Shown: positions 42,823-53,062, counted from the stretch's first letter. The stretch: 64,000 nucleotides of DNA from Cyanophyceae cyanobacterium (GCA_038321985.1 JBBQFN010000006.1:64001-128000); one strand, 5' to 3'. Notes: generated by a model from the sequence alone, not told the origin. Program-made: numbers and translations.

Positions 42823-43899
42823 TTAAACTAAGTCAGGAAATAGCGCAGAACTCCGAATATCATATTCCTGTTCAAGTCGATTTTTGGCGATTTCATAATA
42901 ATCAGTATTAATTTCAGCACTGTAGCAGAAACGACCTTTCTTCATTGAAGCTACGGCTGCTGAACATAAGCCCCCAAACGGCTCCCAAACTACATCATGA
43001 GAATCACTAGAAGATAGAATAAGTCTTTCAATTAAACGTATAGGCTTTTGATTAGTGTGAATGCACCTAGCGTGTTTATCCTTGAGACGTTCTGCCCCTC
43101 GAACTGCCGGTTCTGACCATACATTGGTCACCCCATGAATATGATTCCATTTGGCACGCATTTGTGACCATTGGTCTGCGGTCATCGGCGACTTACCATC
43201 AATTGAAAAATAAGGCCAGGTTGTAGGTTTACCATACTGATTTGCATAATTTACAAGACAAGCCATCATTTCTGGGGGGGGAAAATACCACAACCTGTCC
43301 AGAGTAAAATATTTACGAGTGGCGGCATTTTTAACACCGCACGCCTGGTTTGTTTTATTCAGAGGAAGTCCGGATCTGAGCCACTCATACCGTAACCACT
43401 GCTGCATCGGTAACCAGTCGCCATCTCCTGTGGGTAATTCCACATTACGAACGTAATGGACACAAACTTCAGTCACAATTGGAAAACGTCGAATCGTCTT
43501 GCTATTGACATTTCCGGCAATATGAGCAATCCCTTTATCCCAAACATTGACTGAGCGATATTGCCAGCCATTTTTTGCTAATAAAGGGTGTACCGTTGCC
43601 CAACCAATTTCACTACACCAAAACCATAAGGTTGTTTCGGGCAAACAATAGCGAGACCATGCCTCAATGTGGTGATGGTACCAGACTGCCAAGTCCGTTG
43701 GTGTCTGCGGATCACCGGGAAAAAGCCCCAATCCATAAGCACCGTCTGACACTATAACCGTGGGTGCGGGCCAAAATTTATATCGGGTTGCAACATCAGC
43801 GTTCTCGATCTGCACGCCCCCTAGGGCGGTGGTGGGGACTTGGATTAAATCTTGCATGGTTTGAGTAAATTTGGCCGGATAGCCTTTTCCCACAATCAT
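42823..43899 (-). CDS. DNA amino-methyltransferase (N4-C/N6-A), beta-class order, non-canonical motifs
   Basis: Motif IV-like SDGAYG near the N-terminus, HTNQKP, motif I-like EPFGGLCS, AEI. Alternative start at 43857. Confidence 0.88.
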   Translation of the reverse strand: MIVGKGYPAKFTQTMQDLIQVPTTALGGVQIENADVATRYKFWPAPTVIVSDGAYGLGLFPGDPQTPTDLAVWYHHHIEAWSRYCLPETTLWFWCSEIGWATVHPLLAKNGWQYRSVNVWDKGIAHIAGNVNSKTIRRFPIVTEVCVHYVRNVELPTGDGDWLPMQQWLRYEWLRSGLPLNKTNQACGVKNAATRKYFTLDRLWYFPPPEMMACLVNYANQYGKPTTWPYFSIDGKSPMTADQWSQMRAKWNHIHGVTNVWSEPAVRGAERLKDKHARCIHTNQKPIRLIERLILSSSDSHDVVWEPFGGLCSAAVASMKKGRFCYSAEINTDYYEIAKNRLEQEYDIRSSALFPDLV

Positions 43900-43945
43900 T
43901 TTAATCGGGATTAATTTTAATTTTACCGGGATTAGTGCCTCGGCA

Positions 43946-43984
43946 ATAGTTGATTTTGGACTATTCTAAAATCGACTATATCAT
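43946..43984 (+). promoter_or_regulatory. Palindromic operator overlapping a sigma70-like promoter of the controller gene
   Basis: ATAGTTGATTTTGGA-CTAT-TCTAAAATCGACTAT (34 bp, 15-bp arms, 2 mismatches). TTGGAC-N17-TATCAT. Confidence 0.65.
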
Positions 43985-44004
43985 TTCCCTGGAGGTTAGG
44001 TGAA

Positions 44005-44253
44005 ATGGAAAAGTCAATTTTTACACAAGAATATTTGCTATTCCTCCAGCAACTTCGCGCTGCAAGACAATTTGCAGGAATGACGCAAGAACAAGTTGCC
44101 GAGCAGTTGAGGCAAACTCAGTCTTTTGTAAGTAAATGCGAACGAGGTGAAAGACGAATTGATGTGATTGAATTGAGGGCATATTGTCGGGCTATCGGTA
44201 TTTCATTTGTAGACTTCATTGAACAATTAGAATCAAAAATTGAAACCAGGTAG
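44005..44253 (+). CDS. XRE-family HTH regulator (controller, C-protein-like)
   Basis: GMTQEQVAEQLRQTQSFVSKCERGERRIDVIEL, GGAGG RBS. Confidence 0.9.
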   Translation: MEKSIFTQEYLLFLQQLRAARQFAGMTQEQVAEQLRQTQSFVSKCERGERRIDVIELRAYCRAIGISFVDFIEQLESKIETR

Positions 44254-44258
44254 AATTA

Positions 44259-45155
44259 GTGGATTATCAACAAGCGCTTGAAATTGCAACGGCTGCCTTA
44301 GTCGAATTAGAGAGCCATAGAATCGACGTGATCACAATATCGAGACCCAGCGATCTCCAAGGCGCGATAGAACTTTCAAAAATTGTTAGTAAATTATCTC
44401 CGATAATCGGCAATTTCATAGAATATGCTATTGTCCGACATCTGAATGAAATACAGGTTTGGCCGAAGGGGTGTCAATGGATTAGACAAGACCCAGGCTT
44501 CCCTGATACAATTTTGAGCGGGATTCCAAATATTGTACCCGGAATTGAAGTCAAAACTTGGTTCCCCCTCTCAACCGAGATAACGGCTAGATTTCGGGAT
44601 AGTCAAACATATTTCCAGGCTAATCAAATAAAAGTAGTAATGGTTTGTTGGATGCTAGAAGAAGTTTTGGCGGGAAAACCAAAAATTATCAATATCTGGA
44701 TTGGAAATGCCCTAGATGTTGCAAAAGCTAGGGATACCCACTATCATAACCCGCCTTACTATGTTGTCATGGAACCAGAAGATACGAGAAATCGGACTCT
44801 GAACCTCCAACAAACCAATTGTAATGGCTTAGTATTTCAAGGTACAGAGACGCAATTAAATCAAGCGATCGCCCTCGTTAATTCATGGGGACCAGAGTCT
44901 AGAGAATACCGAAGTGATCGCGATTATCAAATCCGCTTGCGAGAGCTTACGGGCCGGTTTCCTTACCGTCTCGATACCAATTTTGCAAAAATGGATAGAA
45001 TTGGTTTGTCTAGTCTGGAAATCTTTAAAGCCAGTGTCCTTAAATCTTTGTATGCTGGAAATAGTATCCAATCCTGGATTAGAGCGATTAAATTAGCCGA
45101 TCCCGTGGCCTTACAACCGCTCATCGATCCGTCGGCCTCTAGTCCCTTAAATTAG
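44259..45155 (+). CDS. Putative type II restriction endonuclease (PD-(D/E)xK)
   Basis: GNFIE, PGFPD and GIEVK motifs. Directly follows the controller and is divergent from the MTase. Confidence 0.68.
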   Translation: MDYQQALEIATAALVELESHRIDVITISRPSDLQGAIELSKIVSKLSPIIGNFIEYAIVRHLNEIQVWPKGCQWIRQDPGFPDTILSGIPNIVPGIEVKTWFPLSTEITARFRDSQTYFQANQIKVVMVCWMLEEVLAGKPKIINIWIGNALDVAKARDTHYHNPPYYVVMEPEDTRNRTLNLQQTNCNGLVFQGTETQLNQAIALVNSWGPESREYRSDRDYQIRLRELTGRFPYRLDTNFAKMDRIGLSSLEIFKASVLKSLYAGNSIQSWIRAIKLADPVALQPLIDPSASSPLN

Positions 45156-45196
45156 CTATCCTATTTACTGATTCCTGGCTCATTACCAACTTTTTT

Positions 45197-46270
45197 ATGA
45201 AAAAACTCATTAATAACCCGGATGATTTTGTGCGTCAAAGTCTGGAAGGGATGGCGATCGCCCATTCTAAACTAATCAAGGTTCACTTTGACCCCCACTT
45301 CGTCTATCGCGCTGATGCACCCATTCCAGGTAAAGTTGCCCTGATCTCCGGTGGGGGCAGTGGTCATGAACCGATGCACGCTGGTTTTGTGGGTGCCGGA
45401 ATGCTGGATGCTGCCTGTCCCGGTGAAGTCTTTACTTCCCCCACTCCGGACCAAATGTTAGCGGCGGCCCAAACTGTCCAAGGAGGCGCTGGGGTCCTCA
45501 ATATCGTAAAAAACTATAGCGGCGATGTCATGAACTTTGAAATGGCCGCAGAATTGGCACTCTCGGAGAATATCCCGATTCAAAATATCCTCATCGATGA
45601 TGATGTGGCTGTCAAGGATTCCCTTTATACCCAAGGACGGCGCGGGGTGGGGGCGACGGTTCTGGCTGAAAAAATCTGTGGTGCTGCGGCAGAACGCGGA
45701 TATCATCTCGAAGATTTAGCACAGTTATGTCAAAAAGTCAATCAATCTGCGCGGAGTATGGGAATGGCCCTAACTTCCTGTACGACCCCGGGTCGTGGAA
45801 AACCTACGTTTGAGTTGGGTGAGGATGAAATCGAGATGGGGATTGGCATTCATGGAGAACCGGGACGTCAACGAATGCCGATTCAGTCTGCCGATGCGAT
45901 CGCCGAAATGTTGGCTTTGTCTATTTTGGAAGACCCCACCTATCATCGCACCGTCCGCAGTTGGAATAGCGATCGCGCCGAATGGATCGAAGCCGAAGTG
46001 AGCGATCGCCCCTTACAATCTGGGGACTCCGTTCTCGCCTTTGTCAACAGCATGGGGGCCACCCCCATTTCCGAACTGTATATTGTCTACCGCAAATTAG
46101 CCGAGATTTGTGACAAAAAAGGTCTCAAAATTGTTAGAAATTTAATAGGCCCTTATATCACCGGATTAGATATGGCAGGCTGTTCCATTACCCTCCTAAA
46201 AATGGATGACGAACTCATTCACTTATGGGATGCACCTGTCAACACCCCCACTTGGCGCTGGGGGCTGTAA
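45197..46270 (+). CDS. dhaK: Dihydroxyacetone kinase subunit K
   Basis: [29 protein letters not shown]. Confidence 0.96.
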   Translation: MKKLINNPDDFVRQSLEGMAIAHSKLIKVHFDPHFVYRADAPIPGKVALISGGGSGHEPMHAGFVGAGMLDAACPGEVFTSPTPDQMLAAAQTVQGGAGVLNIVKNYSGDVMNFEMAAELALSENIPIQNILIDDDVAVKDSLYTQGRRGVGATVLAEKICGAAAERGYHLEDLAQLCQKVNQSARSMGMALTSCTTPGRGKPTFELGEDEIEMGIGIHGEPGRQRMPIQSADAIAEMLALSILEDPTYHRTVRSWNSDRAEWIEAEVSDRPLQSGDSVLAFVNSMGATPISELYIVYRKLAEICDKKGLKIVRNLIGPYITGLDMAGCSITLLKMDDELIHLWDAPVNTPTWRWGL

Positions 46271-46292
46271 AAATTCCCTTAAACCCAGAACT

Positions 46293-46931
46293 ATGATTAA
46301 TAAAAATCACATTCTCCAGTGGTTAAAAACCTTTACCACTACTCTCGAAGAAAACAAAGACTACCTCACCGAATTAGATGCAGCAGTTGGGGATGCAGAC
46401 CACGGAATTAATATGAATCGAGGCTTTCAAAAAGTTAGCCAGCAACTCACCAATTTAACCGATTCAGATATCGGCACTATTTTAAAAACCGTCAGTATGA
46501 CGCTGATTTCTAGTATTGGTGGTGCCAGCGGTCCCCTATATGGCACCCTATTTCTGCAAGCGAGTCGTGTTGCTGTCGGGAAAGATGAACTCAACGCCGA
46601 AGACATAGCAGCAGTTTTAGATGCTGCAGTTGCGGGAGTGATTCAGCGGGGTAGAGCGAATTTAGGAGATAAAACTATGCTGGATACTCTTTCCCCTGCT
46701 GCTGATGGGTTCAAAGCTGCGATTAACCAAGGCGCAGAACCCTTAGATGCTTTAAAACGAGCCATTTTGGCGGGGGAAGAAGGGATGAAAAACACAGTTA
46801 CAATGGTTGCAAAAAAGGGCCGTGCTAGTTATCTAGGAGACAGGAGCGTAGGTCATTTAGACCCCGGTGCCACGTCCTCTTATTTAATGCTAAAAACTTT
46901 ATTAGAGGTTGTGCAGAAGGCACCTAAATAG
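46293..46931 (+). CDS. dhaL: Dihydroxyacetone kinase subunit L
   Basis: LDAAVGDADHG, GGASGPLYG, GDKTMLD, KGRASYLG, DPGA. Confidence 0.95.
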   Translation: MINKNHILQWLKTFTTTLEENKDYLTELDAAVGDADHGINMNRGFQKVSQQLTNLTDSDIGTILKTVSMTLISSIGGASGPLYGTLFLQASRVAVGKDELNAEDIAAVLDAAVAGVIQRGRANLGDKTMLDTLSPAADGFKAAINQGAEPLDALKRAILAGEEGMKNTVTMVAKKGRASYLGDRSVGHLDPGATSSYLMLKTLLEVVQKAPK

Positions 46932-46939
46932 GAAGTATT

Positions 46940-47398
46940 TTAGCAGAAGACAGGAAGGTTAAAGTGGTTTAATACCGCTAAATCTTCGTCATCTAATTGA
47001 ACGGGGATGCCACTCCGAATTAATTCAGCAAAATCTTCATTAGGAAACATAATGCAAAGAGCATAGAGTCGTTCTTTACCCGTATTTTCAATAAGATGAG
47101 TGCCAGTTGGTGGGACTAAAATGCTATCTCCTGCTCGGATGAGGGCGGTTTTGCCATCACAACTGACTCGTCCTTCTCCTTTGAGGATAAAAAATATTTC
47201 TGTCGCATATTGATGGCGGTTCGGTGGAGTTTTTCCGTCCACATCAAAAATTTCTATGCAATAGGTAACCGAAGCATCAGAGTTGGTGGAATCGAAGACG
47301 ATCGCAAGACGATTGGTAGCTGTAGGGCTAATCCGATAGGCTTGATAGTCTTGGGGTGACTTAACCACAGGAATCATGCAACGACTGGCTTCCATCAA
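46940..47398 (-). CDS. Cupin domain protein
   Basis: PPNRHQYATEIFFILKGEG and GDSILVPPTGTHLIEN. Confidence 0.85.
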   Translation of the reverse strand: MMEASRCMIPVVKSPQDYQAYRISPTATNRLAIVFDSTNSDASVTYCIEIFDVDGKTPPNRHQYATEIFFILKGEGRVSCDGKTALIRAGDSILVPPTGTHLIENTGKERLYALCIMFPNEDFAELIRSGIPVQLDDEDLAVLNHFNLPVFC

Positions 47399-47555
47399 GT
47401 AAAATCCTCTCAGGGAGGATCAGCTATTTTTGCTAGGTTTTCTCGGTACAAACTGGATGGCTTCTTTTCTGGGGATAAAGGATAAATCTCAGGGTGAGGA
47501 AGGTTAAAATTATAGAAGAGTTTAGAGCAATTTTCCCCTTCATGAGCTACGTCTA

Positions 47556-47635
47556 ATCGCTCCCGACTTAAACCCTTTTTTTTAAGGAGAGACCTGGAAA
47601 GTTCCGATTTTTAAGGGAGCTTTAGTTGGATATTT
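47556..47635. repeat. Degenerate copy of cyanobacterial CCCCTT..AAGGGG-type dispersed repeat
   Basis: CCCTTTTTTTTAAGGAG ... AAAGTTCCGATTTTTAAGGGAGCTTTAG resembles this repeat class as I remember it. Confidence 0.3.
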
Positions 47636-47722
47636 AATGTACTTCACCAACAAGAAAAAGGCTATAGATTGATTGATATTCCTTTGATTTATAAATCTGG
47701 CAACTACGGACCTAGAGAGTTT

Positions 47723-49300
47723 TTAAGAGTGGGCAGTCACCCCTTGGCGACGGGAGTCTCCCGCTCCTTCTATTCTACCATCTGCTCTCATTCTTACCCC
47801 ATTTACTCCCCCAAAAAACATATTCTTTTCTTCCCATTCAACCCGCTTTTCCGTCTGACGAAATAGGGGCATAAGTAGATTTTCCTCTTCTTCTTCTTTT
47901 TGAAATCCCGGTTCCCGATGGAAAAGGCCATTTTCCCAGTGAATCCGAGGAGACTCTATGGCACTTTCTAGATCCATGTTAAAATCAATTGCATTAGAAA
48001 TAACTTGTAAAATTGCCGTCCTAATTCGATTGGAACCTCCGGAACCCAGGACAATTTCTGGGCGATTATCTTTAAGGACAATTGTCGGGGCCATCATCGA
48101 AGAAAGACGCCTGTTTTGCGGCCAGTGATGAAATCCAGTCGGGTTTAAATCTGCTTCGCCCAGCATATTATTCACCATGATTCCGGTACCCGGAATGATA
48201 TAGGAAGACCCTTCGCCATTGGAGGTGGTGACGCTGGCAGCATTGCCTTCATAATCGATGATACTGATATGAGTGGTACTCCCCAATTTGTTACAGTTGG
48301 AGTGCAAGGCTGTTGCATATTCAGCGCAATTTTCTGGGGATAAAAACTGGCTACAAAAATTGGGAATATAAAGATTTTCATCATAGTCGTTGCTGCGAGC
48401 TAAATTAGTTAAACGCATGACATCAGCTAATTTTTGTAAGTGGTGGCTGCTGCCAAAGGGGATGTCCTTTAACTCGACTGATTCCAATAACTTTAAAGCA
48501 AAAGCAATTAGAACTCCGCCCGAACTTGGGGGGGGATTGGTGATAAAGGTTTCATCTCGATACTGGGTGATTAAGGGTTGTCTTTTTATCACCTGATATT
48601 GAGTTAAATCTTCCCGAGTTAAGTAACCGCCGTGAGTTTGGCAATCTTTAATTAACTCTTCCGCGATCGCCCCTTGATAAAATTCTTGAATTCCCGCTTC
48701 TGCTAAATAAGCTAAAGTCGCCGCTAAATCTTTCTGGTAAAGTTTATCCCCCGCTTCCAGCAGTTTGCCTCCGGGGGCATAAATCTGCTGCCCTACTGGG
48801 GATGCAGTCAAAATGGGACCGAGAATATTTAATAAATAGGCTTGGTAAGAATTAAGAGTAATGCCCTCTTTGGCGTACTGGATGGCCGGTTCAATCACCA
48901 CTTTAAAAGGCAATTTCCCTAAGTTTTGGTGAACGGCCAAGACCCCAGCCAGGTTACCCGGTACTCCCATAGAACCTAACCCAATATGAAACTCTTGGAC
49001 TGCGCCGCCAAAATCAACCGAAACCGGGTAAAAATCTAACTCCTGGACGTTCCGTTTAGAACGAGGAGTTTGGACAAAAAAATCAAACAGGAGATTGCGA
49101 TCGCCCGTATGGGCTAAGAGAAAGCCTCCACCTGCGGCTGAAGTTAGTCCGGGTTCAGCAACGAAAGATGCTAACATAGCTGCAACAGCCCCATCAAAAG
49201 CGTTGCCACCCAATCGCAACATTTCCATTCCTGCTTCTGCAGTACAGGGATGACCTGCGGCAATCATTCCGTGAGTGAATTGGCTCATTAAAAGCGTCAA
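47723..49300 (-). CDS. ggt: Gamma-glutamyltransferase family protein
   Basis: GGNAFD, GVPG, PPPSSGG, nucleophile STTHIS, SMMAP, GSGGS, DSRR. Confidence 0.92.
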   Translation of the reverse strand: MTLLMSQFTHGMIAAGHPCTAEAGMEMLRLGGNAFDGAVAAMLASFVAEPGLTSAAGGGFLLAHTGDRNLLFDFFVQTPRSKRNVQELDFYPVSVDFGGAVQEFHIGLGSMGVPGNLAGVLAVHQNLGKLPFKVVIEPAIQYAKEGITLNSYQAYLLNILGPILTASPVGQQIYAPGGKLLEAGDKLYQKDLAATLAYLAEAGIQEFYQGAIAEELIKDCQTHGGYLTREDLTQYQVIKRQPLITQYRDETFITNPPPSSGGVLIAFALKLLESVELKDIPFGSSHHLQKLADVMRLTNLARSNDYDENLYIPNFCSQFLSPENCAEYATALHSNCNKLGSTTHISIIDYEGNAASVTTSNGEGSSYIIPGTGIMVNNMLGEADLNPTGFHHWPQNRRLSSMMAPTIVLKDNRPEIVLGSGGSNRIRTAILQVISNAIDFNMDLESAIESPRIHWENGLFHREPGFQKEEEEENLLMPLFRQTEKRVEWEEKNMFFGGVNGVRMRADGRIEGAGDSRRQGVTAHS

Positions 49301-49420
49301 ATTGCGATCGCAATGATTAAAGTTTAGATCCTAGCAATCATAGCAAAGATATTGATAAACTGAGCAAATCAATCAAATGAGATTAAACTCGCCGAAGACT
49401 TGGATCGGAGGAAAGAAAAG

Positions 49421-49759
49421 ATGGTAATCGCGGTCGTCATCACTAATGTTATCTTATCGGGAGTGTTCCTCTTTGTCGCTTGGAGACTGTGGAAACTCAG
49501 ACAGACAATCAACGGTACAACCCAAGCGATACTCAGCGCCGATCGCGTTACCTATGATGTCCTCCACGGCACCCCAGCCGCAATCGCTCAAGGAGAACGA
49601 GGGACTCGCAACCTGCGAAGCCAATACCAGCAAGTTGAGTTACAACTCTTACGCTTGCGACAGATCCTCCAACTGTTGAGTTTCGGTCAAGCGGCTTTGG
49701 CTCGTCAGTCTATCCTTAAGCGCCGCCCTAGAAAGCAAAAGCCACGCCGGTCGTTATAA
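49421..49759 (+). CDS. Conserved hypothetical protein with N-terminal TM helix
   Basis: TM helix plus coiled coil. First of three co-oriented genes. Confidence 0.7.
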   Translation: MVIAVVITNVILSGVFLFVAWRLWKLRQTINGTTQAILSADRVTYDVLHGTPAAIAQGERGTRNLRSQYQQVELQLLRLRQILQLLSFGQAALARQSILKRRPRKQKPRRSL

Positions 49760-49871
49760 ACCTACTCCAAAAGATAGAAAAATGAGATAAAAAGACTGGC
49801 AAGTGGAGTCAACCGCTGACTATTCCTGCAAAAGCCACCTAAAATGTCAATAAGGTTAGAAACTAACTACA

Positions 49872-50213
49872 ATGTCCAAGAATCGTTCAGTTCTTTTTAT
49901 TGGTGGAATGCTATTCGGAGCAGCGATCGGGACCCTTGGCGGTTTGCTAGTGGCACCCCAAACGGGACGCCAGACGCGGCGGGTCTTGAAGAAATCGGCT
50001 CAAGCGTTGCCAGAAATCGCCGAAGATTTATCTAGCAGCGTCCAGATCCAAGCCGATCGCCTTTCCGCATCCGCCTTGAAAAACTGGGATGAAACCCTGG
50101 ATCGACTCAAAGACGCGATCGCTGCCGGGATTGAAGCGACCCAACAGGAGCAAGAAATCCTCCATAAAACGGAAGTCGAGATGTCCTCCGAGTCTAGTGA
50201 TCATCAGCCCTAA
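49872..50213 (+). CDS. YtxH domain protein
   Basis: GAAIGTLGGLLVAPQTGRQTR signature. Confidence 0.9.
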   Translation: MSKNRSVLFIGGMLFGAAIGTLGGLLVAPQTGRQTRRVLKKSAQALPEIAEDLSSSVQIQADRLSASALKNWDETLDRLKDAIAAGIEATQQEQEILHKTEVEMSSESSDHQP

Positions 50214-50280
50214 TGTTGGCTATCAAAGCCGCATTTCCGATTCTGCACACCCCTGAATCCTCCCCTGTAGAACCCGACTT

Positions 50281-50799
50281 GTGACAGACCCTTTGTTTTG
50301 GCTTGGACTTTCTTTTTTACTCGTTGCTGTCAGCCTGATCCTGGTGTTGTTGGCGGCACTTCCGGCTTTGCAGGCGATCGCCCAAGCCGCACGCAGCGTC
50401 GAGAAATTAGCCGATACCCTTTCTCGGGAATTTCCTCCTACCCTGGAAGCGATTCGACTCACCGGCATGGAAATCAGCGATCTCACGGATGATGTGACCC
50501 AAGGCGTTCAAAGTGCTAGCAACGTGGTGAAAGAAGTTGATCGCAGCCTCGGCAGCGCCAAGCAGCAAGCTAAAAAAGCGCAAATCACCACCCGCAGCGT
50601 GTTTACAGGCATGAAAACCGCCTGGAAAACCTTTACGCGCAGCTCAGAACGAACCAGTCCCCATCGCCGATCATCGGGCGATCGCTTACCCCCGTCCCAA
50701 CGCAGAGCCTTAGAATTTACCGAGCGATCGGCCTCCCTCCCCGAGCCCTATTCCCTCGCAGAAGATAGGGACGAACCCCTAGACGACTACTCAGATTAG
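50281..50799 (+). CDS. DUF948-like protein
   Basis: DPLFWLGLS TM helix, REFPPTLEAIRLTGMEISDLT. Confidence 0.85.
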   Translation: MTDPLFWLGLSFLLVAVSLILVLLAALPALQAIAQAARSVEKLADTLSREFPPTLEAIRLTGMEISDLTDDVTQGVQSASNVVKEVDRSLGSAKQQAKKAQITTRSVFTGMKTAWKTFTRSSERTSPHRRSSGDRLPPSQRRALEFTERSASLPEPYSLAEDRDEPLDDYSD

Positions 50800-50832
50800 A
50801 AATTAACAATAAAAAATTACCAAGTCAGGGAC

Positions 50833-50864
50833 AACCGGCAGGGGTTCTAAACCCTTGCCGGTTT
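50833..50864 (+). terminator. Stem-loop or terminator
   Basis: AACCGGCAGGGGTT-CT-AAACCCTTGCCGGTT downstream of the DUF948 gene. Confidence 0.6.
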
Positions 50865-51064
50865 CTGTATGATTGCGATCGCCCAGGCAAGATTAACTCT
50901 TAGCCCTTGCCAGCGCTCTCAAATTTCAGTTACTCTATTTGTTGCTGACGGTAAAAATTACCCTGCCGCCAGTTTTAACAAAACGGCCAACCTTTTGGCT
51001 CCTTCAAACCCTGGTTTAAAATTGATTTCAACCCACTCCATTCAACCGCAATTAGACTGAAATT

Positions 51065-52942
51065 ATGCCGTCTAAAAAACGCTATCGGGAAAACCTCCCC
51101 CCCTGGCTCCAGTTAATAGAAAAAGGAGTTGCTATTATCGCCGTAGTTAACTTAATCCTCGTCCTATTTGACCTCAGCTACGTTCCCGGACGAGACTTTT
51201 ACCTCCGAGGCGATTTATTTGTAGAGAAATTTAGAGAAACTAAACGAGAAAAATATCTAACAAAAGTCGATCGCCTCCAAACCCTGTTACAAGAAAACGG
51301 ATTAGATGACCCGCAAGTAGAGACCTTATTAAGCGAATTAAGGGAACAAAGCGTTCAACTCGTTGATAAAGAACGCTTTCGAGTAACCGATCGCTATGGA
51401 GCCTTAGAAGAAATCAAAATTCGCATGGAAACCACAATGGGGGCGGAAAATGCCGAACAAGCCTTCCTAGCCTTTTGGAGTAGGGAATACCTAAATTCCG
51501 TAGGATGGCGGCAAGCAATGGATTTTTTTAATCGGGATATCAGATTTTTAATGTCCTTCTATGAACCCCAGCTATTTTATGATCCCATTAAAGGAATTGA
51601 ACCCTATCGAGATACACAAAACTATCTTCAACTTGTCGAAAGTCTGACTATTGAGTTAAAGCGGGATGGCTTGCAATCCGATCGCGTAGAACCCTTACTT
51701 GGGCAACTGCGAGAACTCAGCGCGGCGATGATCAACCAAAACTTCTTTGAACGTGCCCATAAAAACGGCACCCTAGAAGAGATTAAAAATAATATGCGCC
51801 GACATATCTATTCGCGCACCGAACCCCGGCCCCAAGGTCCCCGAATTATTGTGGAAGTCATCGAACTCTTAGCCCCGGAAGTCTTATGGGCGGACAAATC
51901 CTCAACAGGAGCTTTTCGGACCTTTTGGAGTCAGGAAAATTTGCAGACAAATGGCTGGGAAAATGAATTAGCATTTTTTAATGAAGAAATTCGCTTTCCC
52001 CTGCAATCCAACTATTTTAGGCATTATGGAGTCGCCAATGAATATATCGATCGCTTTTGGCTAATTGATATCTTTTTTATGGCTATCTTCTTCGTAGATC
52101 TAATATTTAGAAGTTGGCTGATAGTGCGACGTCATCCCAACATGACCTTAGAAGGTGCAATGCTATGGCGATGGTATGATATTATCCTGCTTCTCCCCTT
52201 TTGGCGGTGGTTGCGGGTGATTCCTGTCGTGATTCGACTTAACGAAGCCAACCTGGTTAACATCGAATGGGTGCAGAAACAAGCCCGATTAGGTTTTGTC
52301 GCTAATTTTGCTCAAGAACTGACGGAAGTCGTGGTTGTGCAAACCATTAATCAGATGAAAGGGAGCGTAGAACGGGGAGAATTGACCCGCAATTTATTAG
52401 AACCCGCGCAAAAAGAATATATCAATATTAATGATATTAACGAAGTGCAAGCTATCTCCACTCGATTGTTAGAAATAACAGTTTGTAAAGTGCTGCCTGA
52501 AGTTCAGCAAGATTTACAAGCCCTGCTCTCTCATCAAATGGAAACTAGCATGAAATCTTCCGAGTTATATCGGCGGATTCAGCAGTTGCCTGGGTTGGGG
52601 AATTTATCTCATCAAATGGCCGAACAGTTAGTAACTCAGGTGTCCAGACTGGTGACCGAGGGGCCAGAAAATGCCTATGAGGCGATCGTTCACGCACCCC
52701 CGGACCCAGTTGGGGAAAAATTGACCCAGCAACTGGTGGAACATTTCGGCAGCGCCTTGCGAAATGAATTGAGAAAAGAAGATACCATCGGGGAGTTTGA
52801 GTATTTGATTTCCTCCTTACTCGAAGAAATTAAGATCAACTACGTTCAACAAACGGAACAGTCCGATCCCGAGGACCTGTTTGATGAAACCGAAGCCCTT
52901 CGCCAACGGGCCGATCGCAACCGCAAGCTCCCTCCCCAGTAA
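51065..52942 (+). CDS. Membrane protein with voltage-sensor-like helices, duplicated loop domain and no pore motif
   Basis: TM1, long loop, then IDIFFMAIFFVDL, WYDIILLLP and WRWLRVIPVVIRL. No GYG motif. Confidence 0.8.
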   Translation: MPSKKRYRENLPPWLQLIEKGVAIIAVVNLILVLFDLSYVPGRDFYLRGDLFVEKFRETKREKYLTKVDRLQTLLQENGLDDPQVETLLSELREQSVQLVDKERFRVTDRYGALEEIKIRMETTMGAENAEQAFLAFWSREYLNSVGWRQAMDFFNRDIRFLMSFYEPQLFYDPIKGIEPYRDTQNYLQLVESLTIELKRDGLQSDRVEPLLGQLRELSAAMINQNFFERAHKNGTLEEIKNNMRRHIYSRTEPRPQGPRIIVEVIELLAPEVLWADKSSTGAFRTFWSQENLQTNGWENELAFFNEEIRFPLQSNYFRHYGVANEYIDRFWLIDIFFMAIFFVDLIFRSWLIVRRHPNMTLEGAMLWRWYDIILLLPFWRWLRVIPVVIRLNEANLVNIEWVQKQARLGFVANFAQELTEVVVVQTINQMKGSVERGELTRNLLEPAQKEYININDINEVQAISTRLLEITVCKVLPEVQQDLQALLSHQMETSMKSSELYRRIQQLPGLGNLSHQMAEQLVTQVSRLVTEGPENAYEAIVHAPPDPVGEKLTQQLVEHFGSALRNELRKEDTIGEFEYLISSLLEEIKINYVQQTEQSDPEDLFDETEALRQRADRNRKLPPQ

Positions 52943-53019
52943 AAAAGAGGGTAGGATAGTCACCGGGGAGATGCCCGGTTCTTTAGGGTTCTAAAACTTC
53001 TAATTTCTAAAGAGTCAAG

Positions 53020-53062
53020 AAAGAGTCAGGGGAATTGAATTTATAAATTACCCGGACTCTTT
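53020..53062. other. Imperfect inverted repeat
   Basis: AAAGAGTC(A)GGG(G)AATT ... AATT(A)CCC(G)GACTCTTT. Confidence 0.5.
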
